A stretch of DNA of 64,000 bases. It comes from the human T2T-CHM13v2.0 reference genome, Homo sapiens. Position numbers and translations under genes: made by a program. The notes under the pieces are model-generated. The model saw nothing but the letters and a program-made list of their open reading frames with translations. It was not told the origin of the DNA and did no database searches. Of this stretch, positions 1 through 15,649 are shown piece by piece. Numbering within the stretch: position 1 is the first letter of the stretch; the number at the start of each line of letters is the position of its first letter. The stretch lies in assembly GCF_009914755.1 (NCBI RefSeq), contig NC_060925.1. One strand, written 5' to 3'.

Positions 1-3000
1 CCTTGGGATGTAACTGTTGTATAAGCTCTGCCTACAGGGGAATTGTGAGAGAACTCGCCACTGATCACCCAAGTGATGTAACTATTGTCTAGGCTTTGCC
101 TACAGGGGACTTTGTGACATACCTTTGCAGTGAGAACCCAGGTGATGTAACTCATCTAAGTTCTGCCTAGAGGAGCTTTGTGACATATCTCTGCACTGAT
201 CACTTTGGTGATGTAACACTTTTATAAGCTCTGCCTACAGGGAATTTTGACAAATCTCTGCACTGATCACCTAGGTGATGTAACTCTTGTCTGCCCTCTA
301 CCCAAAGGGGGCATTGGGAAATATCTCTGCACTGATCACCCACGTGATTCAACTCTGGTCTAGGACCTGCCTACAGGGGGTATTGTGAAATATCTCTGCA
401 CTGATCAACTAGGTGATGTAACCTTTGTCTATATTCTGCCTACAGGGGCGTTTTCACATATCCCTGAACTGATGACAAAGGTGATGTAACTCTTGCCTAG
501 GCTTTGCCAACAGGGGACATTGTGACATATCTCTGCACTGACCACCTAGGTGATGCAACTCTTCTCTGTGCTCTGCCTACAGGAGGCATTGTGACATATC
601 TCTGCACTGATCACCGAGGTGATGCAACTCTTGTGTGGGATGTGCTTACAGGGGGCATTGTGACATATCTCTGCCCTGATCACCCAGGTAATGTAACTCT
701 TGTCTAGGCTCTGCCTACTGGAGACATTGTGAGAAATCTCCGCATTGATCACCCAGGTGATGTCACTTTTGTCAAGGATATGGCTACAGGGGCATTGTGA
801 CATGTCACTGCACTGATCACACAGCTGATGTAACTCTTGTCTAGGCTCTGGCTACAGGGGGCTTGTGACATATCTCTGCACTGATCACCCAGGTGATGTA
901 ACCATTGTCTAGGCTCTGCCAAATGGGGCATTGTGACATAATTCTGCACTGATCACGCAGGTGATGGGACCCTTGTCTAGGCTCTGCCTACAGGGGCATT
1001 GTGATATATCTCTGCAGTGATCATGCAGGTGATGTAACTCTTGTCTATATCTGCCTGCTGGAGGCATTGTGGAATATATCTGCACTGATCACCCAGTTGA
1101 TGGACTCTTGTCTTGGATCTGCCTATGGGGGCATAGTGACATATCTCTGCCCTGATCTCTCATGTGATGTAACCCTTGTCTAAGCTGCGCCTAAAGGGGA
1201 ATTGTGACAGATATCTCCACTGATAACCCAGGTGATGTAACAATTTTCTGGGATTTGTCTACAGAGGCTTTGTGACATAACTTTGCACTGATCAGCATGG
1301 TGATGTAACAACTCTTGTCTAGGCTCGGCCTACAGGGGCTTTGTGACATATTTCTGCACTCATCAACCAGGTGATGTAACACTTGTTTCGGCTGTGCCTG
1401 CAGGGGCTTTGTGACATATATCTATACTGATCGCCCAGGTGATGTAACTCTTCTCTAGGCTCCACCTACTGGGGCTATTTTGACGTATCTCTTCACTGAT
1501 CACCCAGGTGATTTAACTTTGTCTAGGCTCCACATACAGGGGGTATTGTGACGTATGTCAGCACAGATCATCGAGGTGATGTAACATTTATCTAGGCTAC
1601 GCCTACATGGGCGTTTTGACATAGCTCTGCACAGATCACCTAGGTTATGTAACTCTTGTGCACTCTCTGCCTACAGGGGGCATTGTGAATTATCTCTGCA
1701 CTGATCACCCAGGTGATGGGACTCTTCTCTATACTCTGCGTACAGGACGAAACGTTACATATCTCTTCACTGATCCCCCAGATGATGGAATTCTTGTCTA
1801 GACTCTGTCTATGGTGGTAGTGGGTCAAATATCTGCACTGATCACCCTGGTGATGTAACTCTTTTCTAGGCTCTGTCTACAGGGATTTTTGTGACATATC
1901 ACTGCACTGATCACCTAGGTGATGTAAGCGTTGTATGGGCTTTTCCTACAGAAGGCTTTGTGACATATCTATGCATTGATCTCTGAGGTGATGCAACTCT
2001 TGTCTATGCACTGCCTACAGGGGACATTGGTACACATTTATGCACTGAGCACCCAGGTGATGGACCCTTGTCTTAGATCTGCCATCATGGACATTTTGAC
2101 ACATCTCTGAACTGATCAACCAAGTGATGAAACTCTTGTCTAGGCTCTGCCTTCAGGAGCTTTGTGACACATCTCTGCACTGATCACCCTGGGGAGGGAA
2201 CTCTTGTTAAGGCTCTGCCTATAGGAGGCTTTATGACTTACACCTGCACTGATAACCTAGGTGATGTAACACTTGTCTAGGCTCTGTCTACCCGGGAATT
2301 CTCACATATCTCTGCACTCATCACCCAGGTGACGGACTCTTGTCTCGGATCTGCCTATGGGGGCATTATGACATATCTCTGCACTGATCACCCAGGTGAT
2401 GGAACTGTTGTATAAGCTCTGCCTACAGGGGAATTGGGAGAGATCTCGCCACTGATCACCCAAGTGATGTAACTATTGTCTAGGCTTTGCCTACAGGGGG
2501 CTTTTTGACGTACATTTGCACAGATCACCCAGGTGATGTAGTTCATCTAACTTCTGCCTAGAGGAGCTATGTGACATATCTCTGCACTGATCACTTAGGT
2601 GATATAACACTTTTATAAGCACAGCCTACAGGGAAATTTGACAAATCTACGCACTGATCACTGAGGTGATTTAACTCTTGTCTACCCTCTTCCCAAAGTG
2701 GGCATTGTGAAATATCTCTGCACTGATCACCCAGGTGATTCAACTCTTGTTTAGTATCTGCCTACAGGGGATATTGTGAAATATCTCTGCACTGATAAAC
2801 TAGGTGATGTAAGTAGTGCCTAGGCTCTGCTTACAGAGGCGTTTTCACATATCCCTGAACTGATGACAATGGTGATATAACTCTTGCCTAGGCTTTGCCT
2901 ACAGGGGACATTGTGACATATCTCTGCACTGATCACCCAGGTGATGCAACTCTTCTCTATGCTCTGCCTACAGGGGACATTGTCACATATCTCTGCACTG

Positions 3001-5640
3001 ATCACCCAGGTGATGCAACTCTTCTCTATGCTCTGCATACAGGGGGCATTGTGACATATCTCTGCACTGATTATCCAGGTGATGTAACTCTTTTCTATTC
3101 TCTGCCTACTGAGGGCGTTGTGACATCACTCTGCACGGATCACCCGGGTTATGTAACTCTTGTCTAGGCTCTGCCTATGGGGGTATTGTGACTTACCTCT
3201 GCACTGATCACCCAGGAGTTGTGACTCTTGTCTGAGCTTTGCCTACAGGGACATTGGGACATATCTCTGCACTGATCGCTGAGGTGATGTACAACTTGTC
3301 TAGGCTTGGCAAACAGTGGGATTTATGACATATCTCTGCACTGATCACCCAGGTGATGCAATTCTTTTCTAGGCTCTGCTTACACGGGGTATTGTGAGAT
3401 ATCTCTGCACTGATCACCCAGGTGATGTAACTCTTGTCTAGGCTCTGCCTACAGGGGCATTTTAACATATCACTGCACTAATCACCGAGATGATGTAACT
3501 CTTGTATAGGCTTCGCCGACAGGGGGCATTGAGACATATCTCTGCACTGATCACCGAGGTGATGCAACTCTTGTCTGGGATCTGCTTACAGGGGGCATTC
3601 TGACATAACTCTGTCCTGATCACCCAGGTGATGTAACTCTTGTTTAGGCTCTGCCTACAGGGCCATTGTGAAATATCTCTGCAGTGATCACGCAGGTGAT
3701 GTAACTCTTGTCTATATCTGCCTACTGGTGGCATCATGGCATATTTCTGCACTGATCACCCACGTGATGGACTCTTGTCTTGGATCAGCCTATGGGCCAT
3801 AGTGACATATCTCTGCACTGGTCACTCATGTGATGTAACGCTTGTGTAACCTGCGCCTAAAGGGGAATTGTGACAGATATGTCCAGTGATCACCCAGGTG
3901 ATGTAACAATTTTCTGGGATTTGTCTACAGGGGGCTTTGTGACATACCTTTGCACTGATCACCCAGGAGATGTAACTGTTGTCTAGGCTCCGCATAAAGG
4001 GCTTTGTGTCATATTTCTGCACTGATCACCCAGGGGATGTAACTGTTCTTTAGGCTCTGCCTACAGGGGCTTTGTGATATATCTCTACACTGATCACCCA
4101 GGTGATGTAACTCTTGTCTAGGCTCCACCTACAAGGGGTATTGTGATGTATCTCTGCACTGAACACTCAGGTGATGTAACTGTTGTCTAGGCTACACCTA
4201 CAGGGTGTATTGTGACGTATCTCTGCATTGATCACCCAGGTGATGTAACGTTTATCCAGGCTCTGACTACTGGGGCGTTTTGACATAGCTCTGCACAGAT
4301 CACCTAGGTTATGTAACTCTTCTCCCCTCTCTGCCTACAGGGTGCATTGTGAAATATATCTGCACTGATCACCCAGGTGATGGGACTCTTCTCTATACTC
4401 TGCCTGGGGCGGGATTTGTGATATATGTCTGCACTGATCACCCAGGTGATGGAAGTCTTGTTTAAGCTCTGTCTATAGGGGCATTGTGTCAAATATCTGC
4501 ACTGATCACCCAGGTGATGTAAGTCTTGTCTAGGCTCTGTCTACAGGGATTTTTGTGACATATCACTGCACTGATCACCTAGGTGATGTAAGCCTTGTAT
4601 GGGCGTTGCCTACAAAACGCTTTGTGACATGTCTATGCACTGATCTCTGAGGTGATGCAACTCTTGTCTAGGCACTTCCTACAGGGGACATTGGTTCATA
4701 TCTCTGCACTGATCACCCAGGTGATGGACACTTGTCTTAGATCTGCCTACATGGACATCGTGACACATCTCTGAACTGATCAACCATGTGATGAAACTCT
4801 TGTCTAGGATCTGCCTACAGGGGCTTTGTGACACATCTCTGCACTGATCACCCTGGGGAGGGAACTCTTTTCTACACTCTGCCTTCAGGAGTCTTTATGA
4901 CTTATACCTGCACTGATAACCTAGGTGATGTAACACTTGTCTAGACTCTGCCTACACGGGAATTCTCACATATCTCTGCACTGATAACCCAGTTGATGTA
5001 ACTCCTGTCTAGGTACAGCCTTCAGGAGCGTTTTGACATATCTCTGCACTGATCACCCAGGTGATGTAACCCTCGTCTAAGCTCTACCTACAGGGGCATT
5101 GTGACAGATATCTCCACTGCTCACCCAGGTGACGTAACAATTGTCTTGGCTTTGCCTACAGGGGGATTTGTGATGTACATTTCCACTGATCAAACAGCTG
5201 ATGTAACCCTTGTCAATTTTCTGCTTACAGGGGCTTTGTGACATGTCTCTGCACTGATCACCCCAGGTAGGAAACACTTTTCTGCACTCCGCCTACAGGA
5301 GGATTTACGACTTGTCCCTGCACTGATCACTAGGTGATGTAACAATTGTGTAGGCTCTGTCTACATGGGAATTTTCACATATCTCCACACTAATCCCCTA
5401 AGTGATGTAACCCTTGTCTAGGTTCAGCCTACTGGGGATTTCTCACATACCTATGCACTGATCACTTAGGTGATGTAAATCATTTCCAGGCTTTTTGTAC
5501 AGGGGACGTTGTGATATATCTCTGCACTGATCACCCAAATGATGCAAATCTTCTCTAGACTCCACAGGGAGGGGGCATTGTGACATATTTCTGAACTGAT
5601 CATCTAGGAAGATGTAACTATTCTCCAGGCTTTGACTAAA
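1..5640 (-). repeat. Beta-satellite (68-bp BSAT/Sau3A) array; right end is the pLAM-like junction of unit 1
   Basis: 67-69 bp tandem monomers ctctgcactgatcacccaggtgatgtaactcttgtctaggctctgcctacaggggcattgtgacatat, with a GATC site in most monomers. Confidence 0.96.
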
Positions 5641-6344
5641 GATCGTCAGAAGGTGTTGGGAGAGCCTCAGCTGGAATTTCACAGACGGACAAGGGCACGG
5701 AGAGGCCAGCGTGCTCCCTTGCACATTACCCGGGGTGCCCAATGAGCGCAGGTCTATCCAGTAGGCCGGCAAGGAGAGCTAGAAGTCTGCGTTCCACCGC
5801 CAGGTGCTCCATGGTAGCAGCTGGGAGGCTGCAGGGGCACGGGAGTGTCGGCGACAGTGGCATGGAGGCGCAGAGGAGGTGAGCCGCCGGAGGGGTGACT
5901 AGCCTGGATGCAGCACGGGCCCGCTGTTTCATGGGACGGGGGTCTGCACCTAGCCCAGGGGAGGACTCATTTCCTGGGGTTGGGTGGTGGGGTTGGTGTG
6001 GGGGTGGTCAGGCGGGAGTGGGGAGGTGGGAAGGCATGAGAGCTCTGCCCGGGCTGCTCCCACAGCTCAGGCAGCTGCCCGAAAAGCCGCACGTGTGCAG
6101 TAGGTGGCACACATGCTGGTACCTGGGCCAGCTCTGGGATCCCCGGGATGCCCAGGAAAGAATGGCAGCTCTCCGCTGTGTGGAGCCTCTCACCGGGCCT
6201 AGACCTAGAAGGCAGGATTCCCAGGCCAGTCAGCCAGGTGGAGGGAGCGTGTGGAAGACACGCCCCTCCATACCCAGCCAGCTGTTCCCTGCGAAAGAGA
6301 GGCCACCGCCCTGCCTGGACCCGACCACGTCCCCACCCCGCGTC

Positions 6345-7784
<1,440 letters not shown>

Positions 7785-8410
7785 TCATTAATGGTGGTGA
7801 GACCTGGGACATACCGCCCCACCCCGGAAGGGTCCCAGGGCTTCGAGTCCTGGGGCCGGAGGGTGTTGGGGTGGGGGTTGAGGGCATTGTGATGGCGGTG
7901 GTGGGGCCGGAGACACGAAGAGGAAGGGGGCGAGGGGGAAGGGGTGAGGGGGGCGCGTTTCAGGGGCTGGCTCTCCGGACCTCTCCAGGGATCCCACGGG
8001 AACTGGAAGCCGCTCTGTGGGCTCCCACGTGTCTTCAGCAGGGAGAAACTGGCCTGGGAGGATGGAGGGGAGTGTGGAACTGAACCTCCGTGGGAGTCTT
8101 GAGTGTTCCAGGCCCTCTCTCCGTGAAGGAGGCAGTGCCTGTGGGTGTCGCCTTTGCCAGGACAGTGTCACACACACAAGCATGTGGCTCTCGTTCATTT
8201 CCACCTAGGAGACCAGAGCGAGACCCCGGAGAGAAGATGCCTCACCAGCGTGATGGCTTGAGGATGGCTTCCCGTGTGCGGCAACATGGGGAGTCTGCAG
8301 TGTGGCCGGTTTGGAAACTGGGAAGGAGAGCGAATGCACCATGCCGGTCTTCCACCATTCCCTGCATGTTTCCGGGTGCCTGCAGAGCTCCGGGAGCAAA
8401 GAGTCAGCAT

Positions 8411-11400
8411 GACACATCTCTGAACTGATCAAAAAAGTGATGTAACACTTGTCAAGGCTCTGCCTACAGGGGCTTTGAGATATTCTCTGCACTGATCACC
8501 CAGGTGATGGGACTTTTGTCTAGGATCTGCCTATGGGGGCATTGTGACATATCTCTACACTGATCACCCAGGTGATGTAACTCTTGTGTTGGATCTGCCT
8601 ATGGAGGCATTGTGACATATATCTGCTCTGATCACCCAGGTGATGAGACTCTAGAATATGCTCTGTGTATGGGGGCTTTGTGACATAACTCTGCACTGAT
8701 CACCCAGGTGATGTAGCGCTTGACTAGGCTCTGCCTACATGGCATAGTGACATATCACTGCATTGATCACCGAGGTGATGTAACTCTTGTCCAGGCTATG
8801 CCTATAGGGGCCCTTGTGACATATCTCTGCATTGATTATCTAGGTGACATAACTCTTGCTTATGCTCTGCCTGCAGGGCAGAGATATTGTGAAATATCTC
8901 TGCACTGATCACCCAGGTGATGGGACTATTCTGTGGGCTCTGCCTACTGGGGGCTTTGTCACATATTTCTGCAATGAACACCCAGGTGACGGACTCTTGT
9001 CTTGTACTTGCCTATGGGGGCATTGTGACATATCTCTGCACTGATCACCCAGGTGATGTAACTCTGGTCTAAGCTCTGCCTAAAGGTGCATGGTGAGAGA
9101 TCTCTGCACTGATCACTCTGGTTATGAAACTTTTTTCTAGGCACTGCTTAAAGGCGCCTTGTCACGTATGTCTGCACTGATCACCCAGGTGATGTAACAC
9201 TTGTCTAGGCTCTGCTCACAGGGGGTATTGTGACATATCTCTGCAATGATCACCTAAGTGATGTAACACTTGTGTAGGCTCTGCCTACAGGAGCATGTTG
9301 ACAACTCTGCACTGTTAACCGAGCTGATGTAACTCTTGTCTAGGATGTGCCCACAGGGGGAATGAGACATAGCTCTGCACTTATCCCAAGGTGATCCAAC
9401 TCTTGCCTGGTCTCTGCCTACAGGGGACATTGTGACATACCTCTGCATTGATCTCCCAGGTGCTGTAACTTTAGTCAAGGCTCTGGCTACACGGCATTGT
9501 GACATATCACTGCACTGATCACCCAGGTGATATGTCTCTTGTCTAGGCTCTGCCTACAGGGGGCTTGTGACATATATCTGCACTGATCACCCAGATGATA
9601 TAACTTTTCTCTAGGATCTGCCTACAGGGTGCTTTGTGACATATCCCTGCAATGATCACCCAGGTGATATACCACATGTAAAGGCTCTGCCTACAGGAGC
9701 ACTGTGATGTATCTCTGCACTGATCACCTAGGTCATGTAACACTTGTCTAAGTTTGCCTACAGTGACATTGTGACATATTTCTGCACTGATCACCTAGGT
9801 CATGTAACTCTTTTATAGGCTCTGCCTAAAGTGGCATTGTGACATATCTGTGCACTGATCAACCAGGTGATGTAACTATTTTCTAGGATCTGCCTACAGG
9901 GTGCTTTGTGACATATCCCTGCAATGATTACCCAGGTGACGTACCACTTGTCAAGGCTCTGCCTACAGGGACATTGCGAGGTATCTCTGCACTGATCACC
10001 TAGGTCATGTAACTCTTGTATAGGCTCTGCCTAAAGTGGCATTGTGACATACCTTTACACTGATCACCCAGGTGATGTAACTCATCTAAGTTCTGCCTAC
10101 AGGAGCTTTGTGACATATCTCTGCACTGATCACTTACATGATGTAACACTTTTATAAGCACTGCCTACAGGGAATTTTGACAAATCTCTGCACTGATCAC
10201 CTAGCTGATGTAACTCTTGTCTACCCTCTGCCAAAAGGGTTCATTGTGAAATATCTCTGCACTGATCAACCAGGTGATTCAACTCTTGTCTAGGATCTGC
10301 CTACAGGGGGTATTGTGAGATATCTCTACACTGATCAACTGGTTGATGTAAATAGTGTCTAGCCTCTGCCTACTGGGGCGTTTTCACATGTCACTGAACT
10401 GATGACAAAGGTGATGTAACACTAGCCTAGGCTTTGCCTACAGGGGATATTGTGACATACCTCTGCAGTGATCACCCAGGTGATACATCTCTTCTCTATG
10501 CTCTGCCTACAGGGGACACTGCGACATATCTCTGCACTGATCACCCAGGTGATGCAACTCTTCTCTATGCTCTGCCTACAGGGGGCATTGTGACGTATCT
10601 CTGCACTGATCACCCAGGTGATGTAACTGTTTTCTTGTCTGTGCCTACAGAGGGCGTTGTGACATCACTCTGCAAGGATCACCCGGGATATGTAACTCTA
10701 GGCTCTGCCTACGGGGTCACTGTGACTTATCTCTGCACTGATCACCCAGGAGATGTGACACTTGAATAAGCTCTTCCTAGAGGGACATTGGGACACATCT
10801 CTGCACTGGTCGCTGAGGTGATGTAAAACTTGTCTAGGCTTTATGTACAGTGGTATTTATGACATATCTCTGCACTGATCACCCAGGTGATGTAACTCTT
10901 GTCTAGGCTCTGCTTACAGGTGGTATTGTGACGTATCTCTGCACTGATCACCCAGGAGATGTAACTCTTGTCTGGGCTCTGCCTACAGGGGCATTTTAAC
11001 ATATCACTGCACTGATCACCGAGATGATGTAACTCTTGCATAGGCTTCGCGGACAGGGGGCATTGAGACATATCTCTGCACTGATCACCGAGGTGATGCA
11101 ACTCTTGTCTGGGATCTGCTTACAGGGGGCATTGTGACACTTCTCTGCCCTGATCACCCAGGTAATGTAACTCCTGTCTAGGCTCTGTCTACTGGAGACA
11201 TTGTGTCATATGTCCTCACTGATCACCCAGGTGATGTCACTTTTCTCAAGGATATGGCTACAGGGACATTGTGACATGTCACTGCACAGATCACACAGCT
11301 GATGTAACACTTGTCTAGGCTCTGGCTACAGGGTGCTTGTGACACATCTCTGCACTGATCACCCAGGTGATTCAACTCTTGTCTAGGATCTGCCTACAGG

Positions 11401-14400
11401 GGGTATTGTGAGATATCTCTGCACTGATCAACTAGTTGATGTAAATAGTGTCTGGACTCTGCCTACCGGGGCGTTTTCACATGTCACTGAACTGATGACA
11501 AAGGTGATGTAACACTTGCCTAGGCTTTGCCTACAGGGGACATTGTGACATACTTATGCAGTGATCACCCAGGTGATGCATCTCTTCTCTATGCTCTGCC
11601 TACAGGGGGCATTGTGACGTATCACTGCACTGATCACCCAGGTGATGTAACTGTTTTCTTGTCTCTGCCTACAGAGGGCGTTGTGACATCACTCTGCACG
11701 GATCTCCCGGGATATGTAACTCTAGGCTCTGCCTACGGGGTCACTGTGACTTATCTCTGCACTGATCACCCAGGAGATGTGACACTTGAATAAGCTCTTC
11801 CTAGAGGGACATTGGGACACATCTCTGCACTGGTCGCTGAGGTGATGTAAAACTTGTCTAGGCTTTATGTACAGTGGTATTTATGACATATCTCTGCACT
11901 GATCACCCAGGTGATGTAACTCTTGTCTAGGCTCTGCTTACAGGTGGTATTGTGACGTATCTCTGCACTGATCACCCAGGAGATGTAACTCTTGTCTGGG
12001 CTCTGGCTACAGGGGCATTTTAACATATCACTGCACTGATCACCGAGATGATGTAACTCTTGCATAGGCTTCGCGGACAGGGGGCATTGAGACATATCTC
12101 TGCACTGATCACCGAGGTGATGCAACTCTTGTCTGGGATCTGCTTACAGGGGGCATTGTGACATTTCTCTGCCCTGATCACACAGGTAATGTAACTCTTG
12201 TCTAGGCTCTGTCTACTGGAGACATTGTGTCATATCTCCTCACTGATCACCCAGGTGATGTCACTTTTCTCAAGCATATGGCTACAGGGACATTTTGACA
12301 TGTCACTGCACAGATCACACAGCTGATGTAACAGTTGTCTAGGCTCTGGCTACAGGGTGCTTGTGACACCTCTGCACTGATCACCCATGTGATGTAACCC
12401 TTGTTTAGGCTCTGCCAAAAGGGGGCATTGTGACATAATTCTGCAGTGATCACCCAGGTGATGGGATTCTTGTCTAGGGTCTGCCTACAGGGGCATTGTG
12501 ACATATGTCTGCAGTGATCACCCAGGTGATGTAACGCTTGTCTATATCTGCCTACTGGCGGCGTTGTGGCATATTTCTGCACTGATCATCCAGGTGATGG
12601 ACTCTTGTCTTGGATCTGCCTATGGGGACATAGTGACATATCTCCGCACTGATCACTCATGTGATGTAACGCTTGTCTAAGCTGCGCCTAAAGGGGAATT
12701 GTGACAGATATCTCCACTGATCACCCAGGTGACATAACAATTCTCTGGGATTTGTCTACAAGGGGCTTTATGACATATCTTTGCACTGATGACCCAGGAG
12801 ATGTAACTCTTGTCTAGGCTCGGCCTACAGGGGCTTTGTGACATATTTCTGCTCTGATCACCCAGGTGATGTAACACTTTTTTGGCTCCTCCTGCAGGGG
12901 CTTTGTGAGATATCTCTGCACTTATCACCCAGGTAATGCAACTCTTGTCTAGTCTCCACCTACAGGGGGTATTGTGACGTATCTCTGCACTGATCACCCA
13001 GGTGATGTAACTCTTGTCTAGGCTCCACCTTCAGAAGGTATTGTGACATATCTCTGCACTGATCACCCAGGTGATGTAACATTTATCTAGACTCTGCCTA
13101 CTGGGGCCTTTTGACATAGCTTTGCACAGATCACCTAGGTTATGTAACTCTTGTCTTCTCTCTGCCTACAGGGGGCATTGTGAGATATCTCTGCACTGGT
13201 CACCCAGGTGATGGGACACTTCTCTATCCTCTAGCTAGAGGGGGATTTGTGACATATCTCTGCAGTGATCACCCAGGTGATGGAAGACTTGTCTAGGCTC
13301 TGTCTATGAGGGCATTGTGTCAAATATCTGCATTGATCACCCGGGAGATGTAACTCTTGTCTAGGCTCTGTCTACGGAGATTTTTGTGACATATCACTGC
13401 ACTGATCACCTAAGTGATGTAGGCATTGTATGGGCTCTGCCTACAGAAGGCTTTGTGACATATCTATGCACTGATCTCTGAAGTGATGAAACTCTTGTCT
13501 AGGCACTGCCTACAGGGGACATTTGTACATATCTCTGCATTGATCACCCAGGTGATGAACTCTTGTTTTAGATCTGCCTACATGGACATTGTGACACATC
13601 TCTGAACTGATCAACCAAGTGATGAAACTCTTGTCAAGGCTCTGCCTACAGGGTCTTTGTGACACATCTCTGCACTGATCACCCTGCAGAGGGAACTTTT
13701 GTCTATGCTCTGCCTACAGGAGGCTTTATGACTTATTCCTGCACTGATAACCTAGCTGATATAACGTTTTTCTAGGCTCTGCCTACACGGGAATTCTCAC
13801 ATATCTCTGCACTGATCACCCGGGTGATGTAACACCGGTGTAGGTTCAGCCTACAGGAGCGTTTTGACATATTTCTGCACTGATCACCCAGGTGATGTAA
13901 CCCTTGTCTAAGCTCTGCCTACTGGGGCAATGTGACAGATCTCTCCACTGCTCACTCAGGTGATGTAACAATTGTCTGGGCTTTGCCTATGGGGGGCTTT
14001 GTGATATATATTTCCACTGATCAAACAGGTGATGTAACCCTTGTCAAGGTTACGCTTACAGGGGCTTTGTAACATTTCTGCACTGATCACCCCAGGGAGG
14101 AAACACGTGTCTACACTCTGCCTACTGGAGGCTTTATGACTTATCCGTGCACTGATCACTAGGTGATGTAACACTTGTCTAGGCTCTGTCTACACGGGAA
14201 TTTTCACATATCTCTACACTGATCACCTAAGTGATGTAACCCTTGCCTAGGTTCAGCCTACTGGGGATTTCTGACATACCTATGCACTGATAACAGTGGT
14301 GATGTAAATCGTTTCCAGGCTTTTTGTACAGGGAACATTGTGATATATCTCTGCACTGATCACCCAAATGATGCAAATCTTCTCTAGGCTCCGCCGGGAG

Positions 14401-14467
14401 GGGGCATTGTGACATATTTCTGAACTGATCATCCAGTAGATGTAACTATTCTCCAGGCTTTGACTAA
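8411..14467 (-). repeat. Beta-satellite array (contains a ~1.1 kb tandem duplication)
   Basis: 68-bp monomers throughout; pLAM-like monomers at 14230-14467. Confidence 0.96.
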
Positions 14468-14783
14468 AGAGTGTCGGAAAGTGTTGGGAGAGCCTCAGCC
14501 GGAATTTCACGGTGGACAAGGGCACAGAGAGGCCAGCTGGCTCCCTTGCATGTCAGCAGATGTGCGCAATGATCAGAGGTCTAGCCAGGAGGCCGGCAAA
14601 GAGAGCTAGAGGTCTGAGTTCCGCCGCCAGGAGTTCCATGGTGGCAGCTGGGAGGCTGCAGGTGTATGGGCGGGCCGGCGACGGTGGCGTGGAGGCCCAG
14701 AGGAGGCGAGCCGCCGGAGGGGTGTCAGGCCTGGATGCTGGGCTAGCCCGGTGTTTCCCGGGACATTGGTCTCCACACAGCCC
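14468..14783 (-). repeat. Truncated D4Z4-like 3' tail (LSau-like plus exon 3/pLAM-like), left arm of the inverted unit 2
   Basis: Colinear with 5641-5955 and stops at ...ctccacacagccc. Confidence 0.88.
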
Positions 14784-15649
14784 GGATACCAGGAGTGATA
14801 TCTAGTTTCAGAATCGAAGGACCAGACATCCGGGAGAGGCGGGCAGGGTGCCCGCGCAGGCAGGCAGCCCATACAATGCCTCCCCCGGTGGGTGTCACCC
14901 TGCTCCCTTCAGGGTCCACTTCGCCCACACCGGCGCATGGGGAACAGGGCTTCCCGCATCCCACGTGCCCTGCGCAACTGGGGATCTCCCACAGGGTTCT
15001 TTTGTGAGCCAGGGAGCGAGGGCCATCCCCGTGCTCCAGCCCAGCCAGGCTGCGCCAGCAGAGGGGATCTCCCAACCTTCCCCGGCATGCGGGGATTTTG
15101 CCTACGCCGCCCTGCCTCCTCCGGAAGTGGTGTTCTCCGATCCTCAGGCTCCTTGCTGGCCTCCGCACCTGGGCAAAAGCTGGGAGGACCGAGACTCGCA
15201 GCGTGACATCTTGCTGGGCCCTTGCACGGTGGGACAGCCTGGGCCCACTCAGGCGGGCCCACAGGGCCAAGGTGTGCTTGTGCCACCTGCGTCCCAGGGG
15301 AGTCCGTCGTGGGGTTGTGGCCGGTGTCCACAGGTCGCTGGGGCGGCGTGGGAACCCCAAGCCGGGGCAGCCCCACCTCGCCAGCCCATACCCCAGAGGC
15401 CTCTGCCCAGCAGTGGCAGATCCTAGGCATCCCGGCACCCTCCCAGGCACTCCAGGAGCCAGGGCGCTCTTCTGCATTCCCCTCCAGTGTGCTGCTGGAT
15501 GAGCTCCTGGAGAGCGCAGAGTTTCTGCAGCTGGCGCAACCTTTCCTAGAAATGGAGGCCCCGGGGGAGCTGGAGGTCTTGGAAGAGGCTGCCTTGCTGG
15601 AAGCACCCCTCAGCGAGGAAGAATACCGGGCTCTGCTCAGGAGCTTTAG
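14784..15649 (+). pseudogene. DUX4L: 5'-truncated DUX4-like pseudogene (unit 2)
   Basis: ORFs 14848-15426 ([31 protein letters not shown]) and 15222-15764 ([28 protein letters not shown]) are frameshifted DUX4 pieces; no promoter or homeodomain 1. Confidence 0.9.

Noticed and set aside
504-5277. Many Cys/His-rich ORFs (..YITWVISAEICHNAPCRQSLDK.. and ..IVTYLCTDHPGD..) resembling repeat or zinc-finger proteins
   Set aside because: They are translations of satellite monomers; 69-bp variants keep frame by chance, and no C2H2 spacing is conserved
1-5640. CRISPR-like appearance (palindromic ~30-bp core with variable intervening sequence at ~68-bp period)
   Set aside because: The apparent spacers are homologous to each other, there are no cas genes, and the monomer is primate beta-satellite
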